Source of the DNA: an uncultured Collinsella sp.
GTDB taxonomy: Bacteria; Actinomycetota; Coriobacteriia; Coriobacteriales; Coriobacteriaceae
Reading direction: 5' to 3'
Assembly (NCBI GenBank): GCA_900544135.1
Contig: UQTU01000001.1
Coordinates: forward strand, 47,678-111,677
DNA: 64,000 nucleotides
Part shown: positions 1 to 11,878 of the stretch, piece by piece
Numbering within the stretch: position 1 is the stretch's first letter
Layout: each line of letters begins with the position of its first letter
Program-made: the position numbers and the translations under genes
The notes under the pieces: model-generated
What the model was told of the DNA's origin: nothing
Databases searched by the model: none
What the model saw: the letters and a program-made list of their open reading frames with translations, nothing else

Positions 1-1
1 C

Positions 2-973
2 TTGTCGCACGGAGGCAATCCTTTTACCTCGGCACGAGTAGTCAACGAGCATCTGTATAAGAGCCCGTACATCAACCCCAGCGGCACCGAGGATACAAAG
101 TCAGATTACCTCAAGCACATTGGCATCATCGCATCCGACTTTGTTGATGCGGCGCTGGCCCGGAGCATCTACCAGCGCAATTACGATACGGAGCACAAGC
201 AGACGGCTTCGTACTATCTCCCGTACTATCTCCCGACCCGCATGCGCATGACGTACGGCGACTCGCTGAGCGATGCCTCATTCCAGGATGGCAAGACCGT
301 TGGCGAGGGTCATTTCCGCCTTGCCGACAGCAGCAACGCGCTCAACGCGACAGCTTCGGGCCATGCGTTTGCCATTGAATACGTGGATGTCGACGCCCTG
401 GGCAACGAGACCGTTACGGGGCTGCAGGGCTCTGTGCCCATCGATATCGATCCACGCGCGCTGACGCCCCATTTTGAGGGACTCGAAGGCCTTAAGGCCG
501 GCGAAGACGTGCGCGCCAAGATTGCGGCATCACTCGAGGGCAAGCTCGAAACCGATGCCTGCACGGCCCAGCTCGAGTTTGTGCACGACGCGAACGGCGC
601 TCCGGGCACGGCAATGGCCGAGGGCGAAACATTTGCCGCAGGAACGTACTGGGTGCGCGTGAACGGTCTCTTGGGCGACGCGGCGCAGAACTACACGCTC
701 GCCAGCGACGGAGCCGCAAGCTTTACCGTAGCGGCCTCGGGCAGTGCAGGCGGCACCGGCGCCGGCAACGGCAGCGGCACGGGTTCCAACGCAGACAGCG
801 CTGATAAGAATGGTAAGGGCAACAAGGGCAAGGGCTCGGGCGGAAAGCTCGCCAACACGGGCGACGGTTCCGGCATTGCCGCCGGGCTCGCCGCTGCCGC
901 CATGGCGACGACAGTCGCCGGCGCAGCAATGCTTGCCAGTGACCGCGACAATACCGAGGACGTTAACGAATAG
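2..973 (+). CDS. Cell-surface protein, C-terminal part (5' end outside the window), with an LAxTG-type sorting signal (LANTG), a hydrophobic segment and a short charged tail
   Basis: ORF open at the window start. C-terminus reads KLANTGDGSGIAAGLAAAAMATTVAGAAMLASDRDNTEDVNE. A Gly/Ser/Asn/Lys-rich low-complexity stalk precedes the motif. LAxTG is the class-E sortase motif of Actinobacteria (established knowledge). Confidence 0.55.
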   Translation: MSHGGNPFTSARVVNEHLYKSPYINPSGTEDTKSDYLKHIGIIASDFVDAALARSIYQRNYDTEHKQTASYYLPYYLPTRMRMTYGDSLSDASFQDGKTVGEGHFRLADSSNALNATASGHAFAIEYVDVDALGNETVTGLQGSVPIDIDPRALTPHFEGLEGLKAGEDVRAKIAASLEGKLETDACTAQLEFVHDANGAPGTAMAEGETFAAGTYWVRVNGLLGDAAQNYTLASDGAASFTVAASGSAGGTGAGNGSGTGSNADSADKNGKGNKGKGSGGKLANTGDGSGIAAGLAAAAMATTVAGAAMLASDRDNTEDVNE

Positions 974-1065
974 GCAAGCCAGTTTTTTGGGCGCATCAAC
1001 TCAATCGGGGCGCAGAATACCGTTCTGCGCCCCGATTTTTACCTTGGACCGAACGCCGTTATCGG

Positions 1066-1380
1066 CTACATCACCATGTTCAGCGCATTCACGAACTCCT
1101 GAGCTTGGGAGCGGCTGCTCAGGCTAAAGACACAAGCAGTCAACAGCCTGTTACGTAGGAAAACGTCGCGGCCCTTGATCCTGTTGACCCCCGTGATGTC
1201 CTTAAGATAGACAATCTCGGTGTGCTTGCCGCCGAAAGTACCCTTCCTGAGCACCTCGATACGATTGGGGTAGATCTTGACGTCTTTAAACCTACCCGAA
1301 CCTTTGTCCTGGAATAGCAGCGTGTTGTTGTCCATACGCGTCACTCCCGTGGGGTTCGCTAAAACTGTCTCTATTGCCAC
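1066..1380 (-). CDS. Small hypothetical protein, possibly a bacterial PH-domain-like fold
   Basis: 104-aa ORF with no recognisable catalytic motifs. The PH-like call is a weak pattern impression (KGTFGGKHTEIVYLKDITGV). Confidence 0.3.
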   Translation of the reverse strand: MAIETVLANPTGVTRMDNNTLLFQDKGSGRFKDVKIYPNRIEVLRKGTFGGKHTEIVYLKDITGVNRIKGRDVFLRNRLLTACVFSLSSRSQAQEFVNALNMVM

Positions 1381-1503
1381 ATTTTAGTCACCGCAAGGCT
1401 CCCATGCGAAGGTGCCAGACAGCAAAGCAATTCGTGTCCGCGCGAGGCTTTAAACTAAATGCAATCAAGATGCATTCCACAAGAGGAAAGTGGGGCGACA
1501 GTG

Positions 1504-2553
1504 ATGGGCGAACTGGTAAACCGTGGAGAATCGGCAATCGTGCCCGAAGGTTTTTACAAGCAGGTCTCCTCAATTCTCAACGCCGCTCGCGACAAGGCCT
1601 ATACCGCCGTTAACTTTGCGATGGTTGAGGCGTATTGGGAGATCGGCAAGAGCATTGTTGACGAGCAGGGCGGAGAGGAGCGCGCCAAGTATGGAGAGGC
1701 GCTGCTCAAGGCCCTCGCAATCAGACTTACTAAGGATTTTGGTAAAGGTTTTGAAGCAAGAGAGCTGCGCAAAATGCGTCAGTTCTATCTTGCGTTTCCA
1801 ATTCGGGACTCACTGCGTCCCGAATTGAGCTGGACACATTACCGCAGGTTAATACGCATTCCTGACCCCGAAGCTCGCAACTGGTACATGAACGAATGCG
1901 CCGACTCTCGCTGGAGCACGCGCCAGCTCGAACGCCAGATCAACACCATGTTCCGCGAGCGCCTACTTGCTAGCAAGGACAAGGAGGCCGTCACCCAGGA
2001 AATCCAAAAGAGCGCCCCGGCTCGTCGCCCCGAGGATATCATCCGCGACCCATATGTACTTGAGTTTTTAGGTTTCTCGGACGATACTGCGTTTCGCGAG
2101 AGCGATCTAGAGCAGGCGCTCATCACGCATCTTCAGAAGTTCCTGCTGGAGCTTGGTCGTGGTTTCGCTTTTGAGGCGCGCCAAAAGCGCATCACCTTTG
2201 ATGGGCGCCATTTCTATATTGACCTTGTGTTTTACAACTATCTGATGCGCTGCTTCGTGCTTATCGACCTTAAGACGGACGATCTTACGCACCAGGACTT
2301 GGGCCAGATGCAAATGTATGTGAACTACTACACGCGCGAGCTCATGAACGAAGGCGACAATCCGCCCATAGGCATCGTGCTCTGCGCGGACAAAAGCGAT
2401 TCGATTGTCGAGTACACGCTACCCGAAGACAACGACCAAGTGTTTGCCGCCAAATACCTGCCGTATCTTCCAAGCAAGGAAGAACTGGCGCGCGAGCTGA
2501 GTGCCGAGTACCGCGCCATCAACGAAGCGACTAATGGCGAAGCGCAAGGGTAG
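1504..2553 (+). CDS. DUF1016/YhcG-family PD-(D/E)XK nuclease
   Basis: N-terminal YhcG-like region (VNFAMVEAYWEIGKSIVDE). C-terminal PD-(D/E)XK-like core (FYIDLVFYN...CFVLIDLKTDDL). Start taken at the internal ATG at 1504, not the tracked 1459. Confidence 0.7.
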   Translation: MGELVNRGESAIVPEGFYKQVSSILNAARDKAYTAVNFAMVEAYWEIGKSIVDEQGGEERAKYGEALLKALAIRLTKDFGKGFEARELRKMRQFYLAFPIRDSLRPELSWTHYRRLIRIPDPEARNWYMNECADSRWSTRQLERQINTMFRERLLASKDKEAVTQEIQKSAPARRPEDIIRDPYVLEFLGFSDDTAFRESDLEQALITHLQKFLLELGRGFAFEARQKRITFDGRHFYIDLVFYNYLMRCFVLIDLKTDDLTHQDLGQMQMYVNYYTRELMNEGDNPPIGIVLCADKSDSIVEYTLPEDNDQVFAAKYLPYLPSKEELARELSAEYRAINEATNGEAQG

Positions 2554-2616
2554 CGGCACGTTGCGACCGATACCCCCGACGGCGCTCCACATCACCCGGG
2601 ATAAGAGGAGCTTTCC

Positions 2617-3405
2617 ATGACAGACAGACCGAAAACAACACTGCGCGACTGCATCTATGGGCTTGCCGTCGGTGACGTGCTGGGCGTTCCCTACGAGTTC
2701 AGGCCCCGCGGCACGTTCGAATGCACGGGCATGATCGGCTACGGCACGCATGGGCAACCCGCCGGCACCTGGAGCGACGACACATCTATGACGCTTGCTA
2801 CCTGCGACTCGATTAGGGAGCTCGGGCACATTGACACCGCGGACATGCGCGACAAGTTCGTAAGCTGGATTGCCCGTGGCGAGTATACGATCGACGGCGT
2901 TTTCGATTACGGCGGCACAACCGCCCGCGCCTTGCACACCGGCAAAGGAGGCTCCGGCGAGCGCGACAACGGCAACGGATCGCTCATGCGCATCGCGCCC
3001 CTGGCGTTCACCGATGCGACAGACGAAGAGGTCAGCGAGGTCTCCGCGATTACGCACGCCCACAGAACGTCAACCGATGCATGCGTCATATTTGTCGAGC
3101 TGATGAGGACCGTGATGAACGACGCGCTCCCCTCGTGGGCACTCCACCTGAAAGGCGTGCCTGAGCAGGAAATCAGGTCAGGTGGCTTCGTGCGCGACAC
3201 GCTTAAAGCCGCTACCTGGTGCTTTGTCAACACCAACAGTTACGAAGATTGCGTCCTTGCCGCCGTCAATCTGGGCGACGACACCGACACCACCGCAGCC
3301 GTCGCAGGTGCGCTCGCTGGCACGGTATACGGTATCGACGCGATTCCACGGGAATGGATCGACACCCTGCGCGGCAAAGAGTTGATTGAGGGCTGCTTGT
3401 TTTAG
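2617..3405 (+). CDS. ADP-ribosylglycohydrolase family protein (ARH/DraG-like)
   Basis: ARH motifs: GLAVGDVLGVPYEF, WSDDTSMTLAT, GNGSLMRIAPLA, and C-terminal LGDDTDTTAAVAGALAG. SD AGGAG lies upstream of the ATG. Confidence 0.8.
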   Translation: MTDRPKTTLRDCIYGLAVGDVLGVPYEFRPRGTFECTGMIGYGTHGQPAGTWSDDTSMTLATCDSIRELGHIDTADMRDKFVSWIARGEYTIDGVFDYGGTTARALHTGKGGSGERDNGNGSLMRIAPLAFTDATDEEVSEVSAITHAHRTSTDACVIFVELMRTVMNDALPSWALHLKGVPEQEIRSGGFVRDTLKAATWCFVNTNSYEDCVLAAVNLGDDTDTTAAVAGALAGTVYGIDAIPREWIDTLRGKELIEGCLF

Positions 3406-3437
3406 GGCGCCATTCAAGAAATAAGGTAGGAGGCATC

Positions 3438-3659
3438 ATGGAGAGGAAGATCGCGAATATCGATGAGTTCCAAATGGACGAAAACGAGACCCCGATACTC
3501 CCAGCGGGGCTGAGGGAGGAAGAATGCCTTTACGTCCTCCCCGACGGGCGTTACCTCCCCTGCGGGCTCTACAGGACCGCGGACGGCGGTTCGCTCATTT
3601 ATGAGCCATCCGAACTATGCTTCTTCGAACAGATGCTTGCTCAATTCAAAGAGTGCTAG
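3438..3659 (+). CDS. Small hypothetical protein (73 aa)
   Basis: Strong SD (AAGGTAGGAGG) 6 nt upstream of the ATG. No recognisable domain. Sits tightly downstream of the ARH gene. Confidence 0.45.
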   Translation: MERKIANIDEFQMDENETPILPAGLREEECLYVLPDGRYLPCGLYRTADGGSLIYEPSELCFFEQMLAQFKEC

Positions 3660-4522
3660 AGACTTGATTGCCCGTTAGATCGGCACTGTTCCAAACCATG
3701 GGGGTAGGATGTCTCCCACCGCGGCCTGTGAGGTGAAATCTTGACCGCCGCGGAATCCGCCTACGGGCAACGCTCCATCTCTGGTTGGGGTGAAGCCTAT
3801 GAACTTGTTTCTCGAAATCCGGCGCCTCTCGATGTATGTGACCGGCATTGCCCGGAACCTCTACTCGATCTGGCGGGAATATAAGCAGTAACGGATAGCG
3901 AAGAGAGTCATGGAAAAGGGTCAGTTGCAGCCGACCCTTTAAGACGATAGAACCTGCGTTGCCCGCGCTTCCAAAGTTGACCGACTGAGGAGCGGGTTCC
4001 GCGGCACAACCTGATTTTATCCAGCGAGGCGGCTCTTTTCCAGCCGCTCCGCCGTTTATTTACACCTACCGCCACAAGTGGATTCCGCGCGAACGAGAGC
4101 AAAGAAACAACGCCGGCGCGGCCAACAGAACAGACAATCCATGCGATCAAAGAAATATAAAAGCTCCCGCGGCCTCGGTTCCTCGCCCAGGTCTAGGCAC
4201 TTTTCTTGGCACCATCGCACCACGTCCGCCATCGCCTCCGGCTCGACACTCATTAAAATGCAAGCGGGAAACGATCTCAAGATCACCAACAACAGCTTCA
4301 AGCAAGCGCTTGAGCAACTGTCACAACACGAGCGCCTGTAAATAGGAGCCAGTTTAATAAGTAAGAGAGCCTTGCCACCAATTGTCATTCTGGCGCGGTC
4401 AACCGATAAGTCAAATGGCAACTAACGGGTGTCAGATATACCAATATATGCAAGATTAACTGCTAGAATGCAATGGTGGACAGGCTCACCAACGTCGAAG
4501 AAGCATAAGGTAAGGAGTGCGC

Positions 4523-7612
<3,090 letters not shown>

Positions 7613-7626
7613 GGAGTTAAAACAGC

Positions 7627-9150
7627 ATGGCTAAAAGCAAGGCTAAGGACACCAAGAAGAACACGGCCGACGTTGGCTTTGAGGACCAATTGTGGAACGC
7701 CGCAGACGTGCTGCGCGGCAACCTGGACGCTGCCGAGTACAAAAACGTCGTATTAGGCCTTATTTTCCTGAAGTACCTCTCGGACCGTTTTGACGAACGT
7801 TACCTAGAACTCGTCGCAGAAGGTTACGGCGACGAAGAAGATCGCGACTGTTACATGGAGCAGAATGTCTTCTTCGTTCCCGAAGAGGCACGTTGGGCGA
7901 ATATCGCACAGGCGGCACATACGCCCGAAGTTGGCCAGATCATCGACAATGCCATGCGCGCCATCGAACGCGAGAATGACAAGCTCAAGGACGTGCTGCC
8001 CAAGAACTTCGCTCGTCCCGAACTAGACAAGCGGCGTTTAGGCGACGTCGTCGACTAATTCACAAATGTACAAATGACCGACAACGAGAGCGAGAAAGAC
8101 CTGTTAGGGCGAGCATACGAATATTGCCTGCAGAAATTCGCATCAATGGAAGGCAAAAACGCCGGCGAGTTCTATACGCCGTCGTGCATCGTGCGCACGC
8201 TGGTTGAAATCCTCCAGCCTTTCCACGGTCGCGTGTACGACCCCTGCTGTGGTAGCGGAGGCATGTTCGTGCAGTCCGCCGCCTTCGTCGAGCACCATGG
8301 CGGCAACGTGGTACAGGACATCACCATCTTTGGCCAGGAGAGCAACCCTACCACGTGGAAGCTCGCAAAGATGAACCTCGGTATTCGCGGCATCGAGGCC
8401 GATTTGGGCAACTATGCTGACACCTTCAGCGCCGACCAGCACAAGAATGAAAAGTTTGACTATGTGTTGGCAAACCCACCCTTCAACCTCAAGAACTGGG
8501 GCGGCGAAGCGCTGCAGGAAGACGTACGTTGGAAGTACGGCATGCCGCCCACGGGCAATGCTAACTTCGCTTGGATGCAGCATATGATTTGGCATCTTAA
8601 CGGCACGGGCAAGATTGGCCTCGTATTGGCAAACGGGTCGCTCTCGAGCCAGACGAGCGGCGAGGGCGATATTCGACGCGCTATCTTAGAGGACGATTTG
8701 GTCGAGGGCATTGTAGCCATGCCGGGGCAGCTGTTCTACAGCACCCAAATTCCCGTGTGCCTGTGGATCCTGAACAAGAAGAAGGCTCAGTCCGGCAAGA
8801 CGCTATTCATCGATGCCCGCGAAATGGGCACCATGGTCTCTCGCAAACTACGCGAGTTTACCGAAGAGGACATCAATAAAGTTGCATCCGCATTCGACTC
8901 CTTCCGCAAGGGCGAGTTCGAGCCCGTGAAGGGGTTGAGCGCCATAGCAGATTTGGATGAAATCGCCAAGCAAGATTTCATCCTGACGCCCGGTCGCTAC
9001 GTAGGCATTGCCGAGGTCGAAGACGACGGTGAGCCGTTTGAGGAGAAGATGGCACGCCTAACCAGCGAAATATCAAAGTGCTTTGAAGAGTCCAACCGCC
9101 TGCAGGAGCAGATTAAGAAGAATCTGGAGGCGATTGGATATGAACTTTAG
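7627..9150 (+). pseudogene. hsdM: Type I RM methyltransferase subunit (HsdM) interrupted by an in-frame TAA at 8056-8058
   Basis: ORFs 7627..8058 (HsdM N-terminal domain) and 8074..9150 (N6-adenine methyltransferase domain with the NPPF motif in VLANPPFNLK and the AdoMet motif DPCCGSGGMF) are in the same reading frame. They are separated only by a TAA codon: ...GDVVD*FTNVQMTDNESEKDLLGRAYEY. Confidence 0.8.
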
Positions 9151-9661
9151 CGTTGCGACTCTTGGAGAACTCAGTCTCGGCGACGGAAAATACGGTATCG
9201 CCGCTTCGGCAGTTGATTATGATGCGGAATTACCTGCATATCTTCGTATTACGGATATCAACGACGACGGCACCCTGAATTGGAACGACCGCAAATCTGT
9301 AGACGACCCCGCCGCTTACAAATACATGCTGAGAGATGGCGATATCGTTTTCGCCAGAACGGGCAACAGTACCGGAAGGAATTATTACTACGATTCTCGC
9401 GACGGCGAGTTTGCCTTCGCGGGCTTCTTAATTCGCTTCTCGCTGGACGATAAGAAAGTTAATCCTCGCTATGTCAAATACTATGCCCAGTCGAAAGCTT
9501 ATTGGGACTGGGTGGCCTCTTTTAACACCGGCAGCACCAGAGGCAATATCAATGCTAAAACTTACGCACAGATGCCAATCCCCCCTGCCCGATCGCCCGA
9601 CGCAAGACTCAATCGTTACACTATGCGACTCTATCTCGAATAAAATCCGACTCAACACTAC

Positions 9662-9678
9662 GCTAAATGGCTATTTAG
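9662..9678. repeat. Crossover-site copy A (gctaaatGGCTatttag), inside the hsdS central conserved region where it encodes LNGYL
   Basis: Imperfect palindrome with an asymmetric 4-bp core GGCT. One of four copies (with B, C and D). Confidence 0.6.
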
Positions 9679-10278
9679 AAGAGCTGGCGGACGGCATGTT
9701 CCGACGGCACTTCGGGGGGCTAACAGACAACGCTACTCTGGCCGATTTTGCCAATGTCACAATGGGTCAATCCCCGGCAGGCAGCTCCTATAACGAAACG
9801 GGGATTGGAACCATCTTTTATCAAGGTCGCGCCGAATTTGGCTGGCGTTACCCCACTCAGAGACTAAGCACTACGGAGCCCAAGCGCATGGCAAAAGCGG
9901 GAGATGTCTTGATGAGCGTGCGCGCTCCCGTGGGCGACCTAAACTTGGCGTACGAAGACTGCTGCATTGGACGCGGGCTAGCTGCAATCCACTGCGACTA
10001 TCCATCGTATGGTCTCTACCTAATGCGCTCACTCCATAAGAAACTTGACGCCTATAACGGTGAGGGGACTGTATTTGGCTCGATAAACGGCAAAGCTCTA
10101 AATGGACTCCCCATTGCGTTACCCAACAATGCAGCGATACGCGCGTTTGAAAAAGAAGCCACGCCCATTGATACTCAGATCCGAAACAATGAAGTCGAAT
10201 CGCGGGCGCTTGTCACCCTTCGCGACACATTGCTTCCTAAGCTTATGTCGGGCGAGATTGACGTCTCGAAGGTTGACC

Positions 10279-10848
10279 TCACACAGCTAAATAGCCATTT
10301 AGCTTTGAGTTATTCTTGATTTTCTTTTGGATGGTATCAATCACCTGAACGATTTTTGCTTGCTTCTCAAAAGTGGGCAATGGCATTGACAGCTTGCGAA
10401 AAGTACTCGTTGGACGCCCCAACGCCGGAACGCCAGTTTGCGTTTTATTCGAAAGTAACCGCCATTGCCCCTCTCGAGTATGAAAATAGTAGACAAAAAA
10501 TTTCGGTAGCACCTTGTCATTACAGCGAATGCGAAATTGGCTTTGCGAAATGACGTAGCGAGGATACTTGGAGTCATAGGGGACCATCGCGACTTGGCCC
10601 AACGTTCCACGGTGTGTTATTACGATATCGCCACGCGAGGCCAATGCGTTGCCCAGGGAATTTGCTTTTTCAGGAGTGACATAGCGCAGCGCAGTGTCGT
10701 TCGTCTCAAAGCCAGTTAGATTCGATCCATTAAATACCGGAATACCGGAGTTGACAAAGCAATCAGTCTTAATATTTGAGCCGAAGGGTCCCATGGCAAT
10801 CTCATCAATAAGATCCTCAACGCATACTTCTTCACTTTCGGCAATCAT
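10279..10848 (-). CDS. Half-size HsdS cassette (TRD1b plus central conserved region), translationally coupled to the upstream recombinase
   Basis: TRD-like body ending in a CCR-type helix (MPLPTFEKQAKIVQVIDTIQKKIKNNSKLNGYLAV*). Its ATG (10848-10846) overlaps the recombinase TGA (10847-10845) as ATGA. Confidence 0.6.
   Translation of the reverse strand: MIAESEEVCVEDLIDEIAMGPFGSNIKTDCFVNSGIPVFNGSNLTGFETNDTALRYVTPEKANSLGNALASRGDIVITHRGTLGQVAMVPYDSKYPRYVISQSQFRIRCNDKVLPKFFVYYFHTREGQWRLLSNKTQTGVPALGRPTSTFRKLSMPLPTFEKQAKIVQVIDTIQKKIKNNSKLNGYLAV
10285..10304. repeat. Crossover-site copy B (agctaaatAGCCatttagct), shared by the 3' end of + strand hsdS (encodes TQLNSHLA) and the 3' end of the minus-strand half-hsdS (encodes KLNGYLAV)
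   Basis: Same palindrome as A but with the core inverted (AGCC). The two convergent ORFs overlap through it. Confidence 0.6.
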
Positions 10849-11801
10849 TCCAAATACTTCCTATGCGAAGCCTTTACATTGTTCTGGTTTACCATGGCGT
10901 AATGCATGGTGGTGTCTATTTTCGCATGGCCTAGCAGCTTTTGCACCTGCTCTATGGGCATTCCTTTGTCAATAGCATGGGTAGCAAGCGTACGGCGAAA
11001 CTTATGCGGATGAACGCGATTGACGCCAGCGCTTCTGCCTAGGTCACGCAAGCGGAGCTCTATGTTCCCAACCGTAATACGTCGAGCTGAGGAATCGAGT
11101 GCGACAAAAAGCGCAGGGCTCTTGTCGGCACGGCTCGCAAGATATTCCGTGAGATGCAACTTGGCACGCGCGTCGAAGTAAACAGGGCGCTGTTTATTTC
11201 CCTTTCCCATTACAAGGCATTCGCGCTCATGCAAATTGACGTCCTTCCTGTCGAGTCGTACAAGCTCGCCAATGCGCATGCCGGTCGAAGAGAGAAGATC
11301 AACGATGGCAAGGTCCCGCTTGGATTCGCATGCATCTCGCAAGATCTCCAGCTCCTCGTCACTTAACACCTCTTTGGTTATTTGAGCAGTTTTGACGCGG
11401 CGAATACGCCTTACAGGGCTTTTAACAATATAGTCTTCATCCTCAAGCCACGAAAAGAAGCTCGACATAATGCGACGTATATTATCGATTGTGACTTTAC
11501 TGGAACCGCGAGCCGTCTCGTAATCATTGAGATAGCGCCGCAGGTCATCACTTTCGACCTGCGTATAGGACTTAGCAAGTGCCGCGTTCATATGCCGCAA
11601 AGTTGCCTCATAGTATGCAATAGTTTTAGGTGAGCATCCCTCAACTTCTTTAGCGGTGAGAAATAGCGAGAGCAGGTCTTGCCCTGGCTCTGCCTGTTTT
11701 GGTCCAAGCGTTTGCCTAAGTGTAATGGCTAGATGCTTGAGCTGGTGTGGGTCGAGAAGGCCCTGCATTTCCGAAAGCACGGTATTGATAACGGTTTCCA
11801 C
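10845..11801 (-). CDS. Tyrosine site-specific recombinase (phage-integrase/Xer family) embedded in the hsdS locus
   Basis: C-terminal catalytic-domain motifs (HKFRRTLATHAIDKGMPIEQVQKLLGHAKIDTTMHYAMV, catalytic Tyr in HY) and an N-terminal core-binding-like domain. Start taken at the GTG at 11801, which has SD GAAAGGAG 5 nt upstream. The tracked ORF extends to 11909 through site C. Confidence 0.8.
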   Translation of the reverse strand: METVINTVLSEMQGLLDPHQLKHLAITLRQTLGPKQAEPGQDLLSLFLTAKEVEGCSPKTIAYYEATLRHMNAALAKSYTQVESDDLRRYLNDYETARGSSKVTIDNIRRIMSSFFSWLEDEDYIVKSPVRRIRRVKTAQITKEVLSDEELEILRDACESKRDLAIVDLLSSTGMRIGELVRLDRKDVNLHERECLVMGKGNKQRPVYFDARAKLHLTEYLASRADKSPALFVALDSSARRITVGNIELRLRDLGRSAGVNRVHPHKFRRTLATHAIDKGMPIEQVQKLLGHAKIDTTMHYAMVNQNNVKASHRKYLE

Positions 11802-11860
11802 GCTGCTCCTTTCGTCGAGTACGATAGCCACAGTGTGGACGGCGCGTTGTACATAGTGAA

Positions 11861-11878
11861 GTAAATGGCTATTTAGCT
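11861..11878. repeat. Crossover-site copy C (gtaaatGGCTatttagct), just upstream of the silent TRD2b cassette and within the 5' extension of the recombinase ORF
   Basis: Core GGCT in the same orientation as A. On the minus strand it encodes TAQLNSHLL in the recombinase reading frame. Confidence 0.55.

Larger units (their letters stand above)
9140..10319 (+). pseudogene. hsdS: Type I RM specificity subunit (HsdS: TRD1a-CCR-TRD2a-C-terminal helix), frameshifted in a C6 tract at 9580-9585
   Basis: The ATG at 9140 overlaps the hsdM stop; SD GGAGG is upstream. TRD1 in frame 2 ends ...KTYAQMPIP. The conserved central region continues in frame 0 (PLPDRPTQDSIVTLCDSISNKIRLNTTLNGYLEELADGMF). Removing one C (C6 to C5) gives MPIPLPDRPTQ in one frame. 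The C-terminal conserved helix reads ...LLPKLMSGEIDVSKVDLTQLNSHLALSYS*. Confidence 0.75.

Noticed and set aside
3908-4421. ORFs 3908..4150 (minus), 4056..4421 (minus) and 4078..4341 (plus) in the AT-rich spacer upstream of hsdR
   Set aside because: They overlap one another, have no SD and no domain similarity, and their composition is atypical. The spacer is more likely promoter/UTR DNA or a decayed remnant.
9083-9139. hsdS start at the tracked 9083 (MKSPTACRSRL...)
   Set aside because: The ATG at 9140 overlaps the hsdM stop and has a GGAGG SD. The MNFSVATLGELS N-terminus fits HsdS. The upstream extension would lie inside the hsdM coding sequence in another frame.
7627-9150. Annotating 7627..8058 and 8074..9150 as two separate genes (a small N-terminal protein plus a methyltransferase)
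   Set aside because: Both pieces are in the same frame, separated by a single TAA, and together they reconstitute a normal HsdM. It was treated as one interrupted gene.
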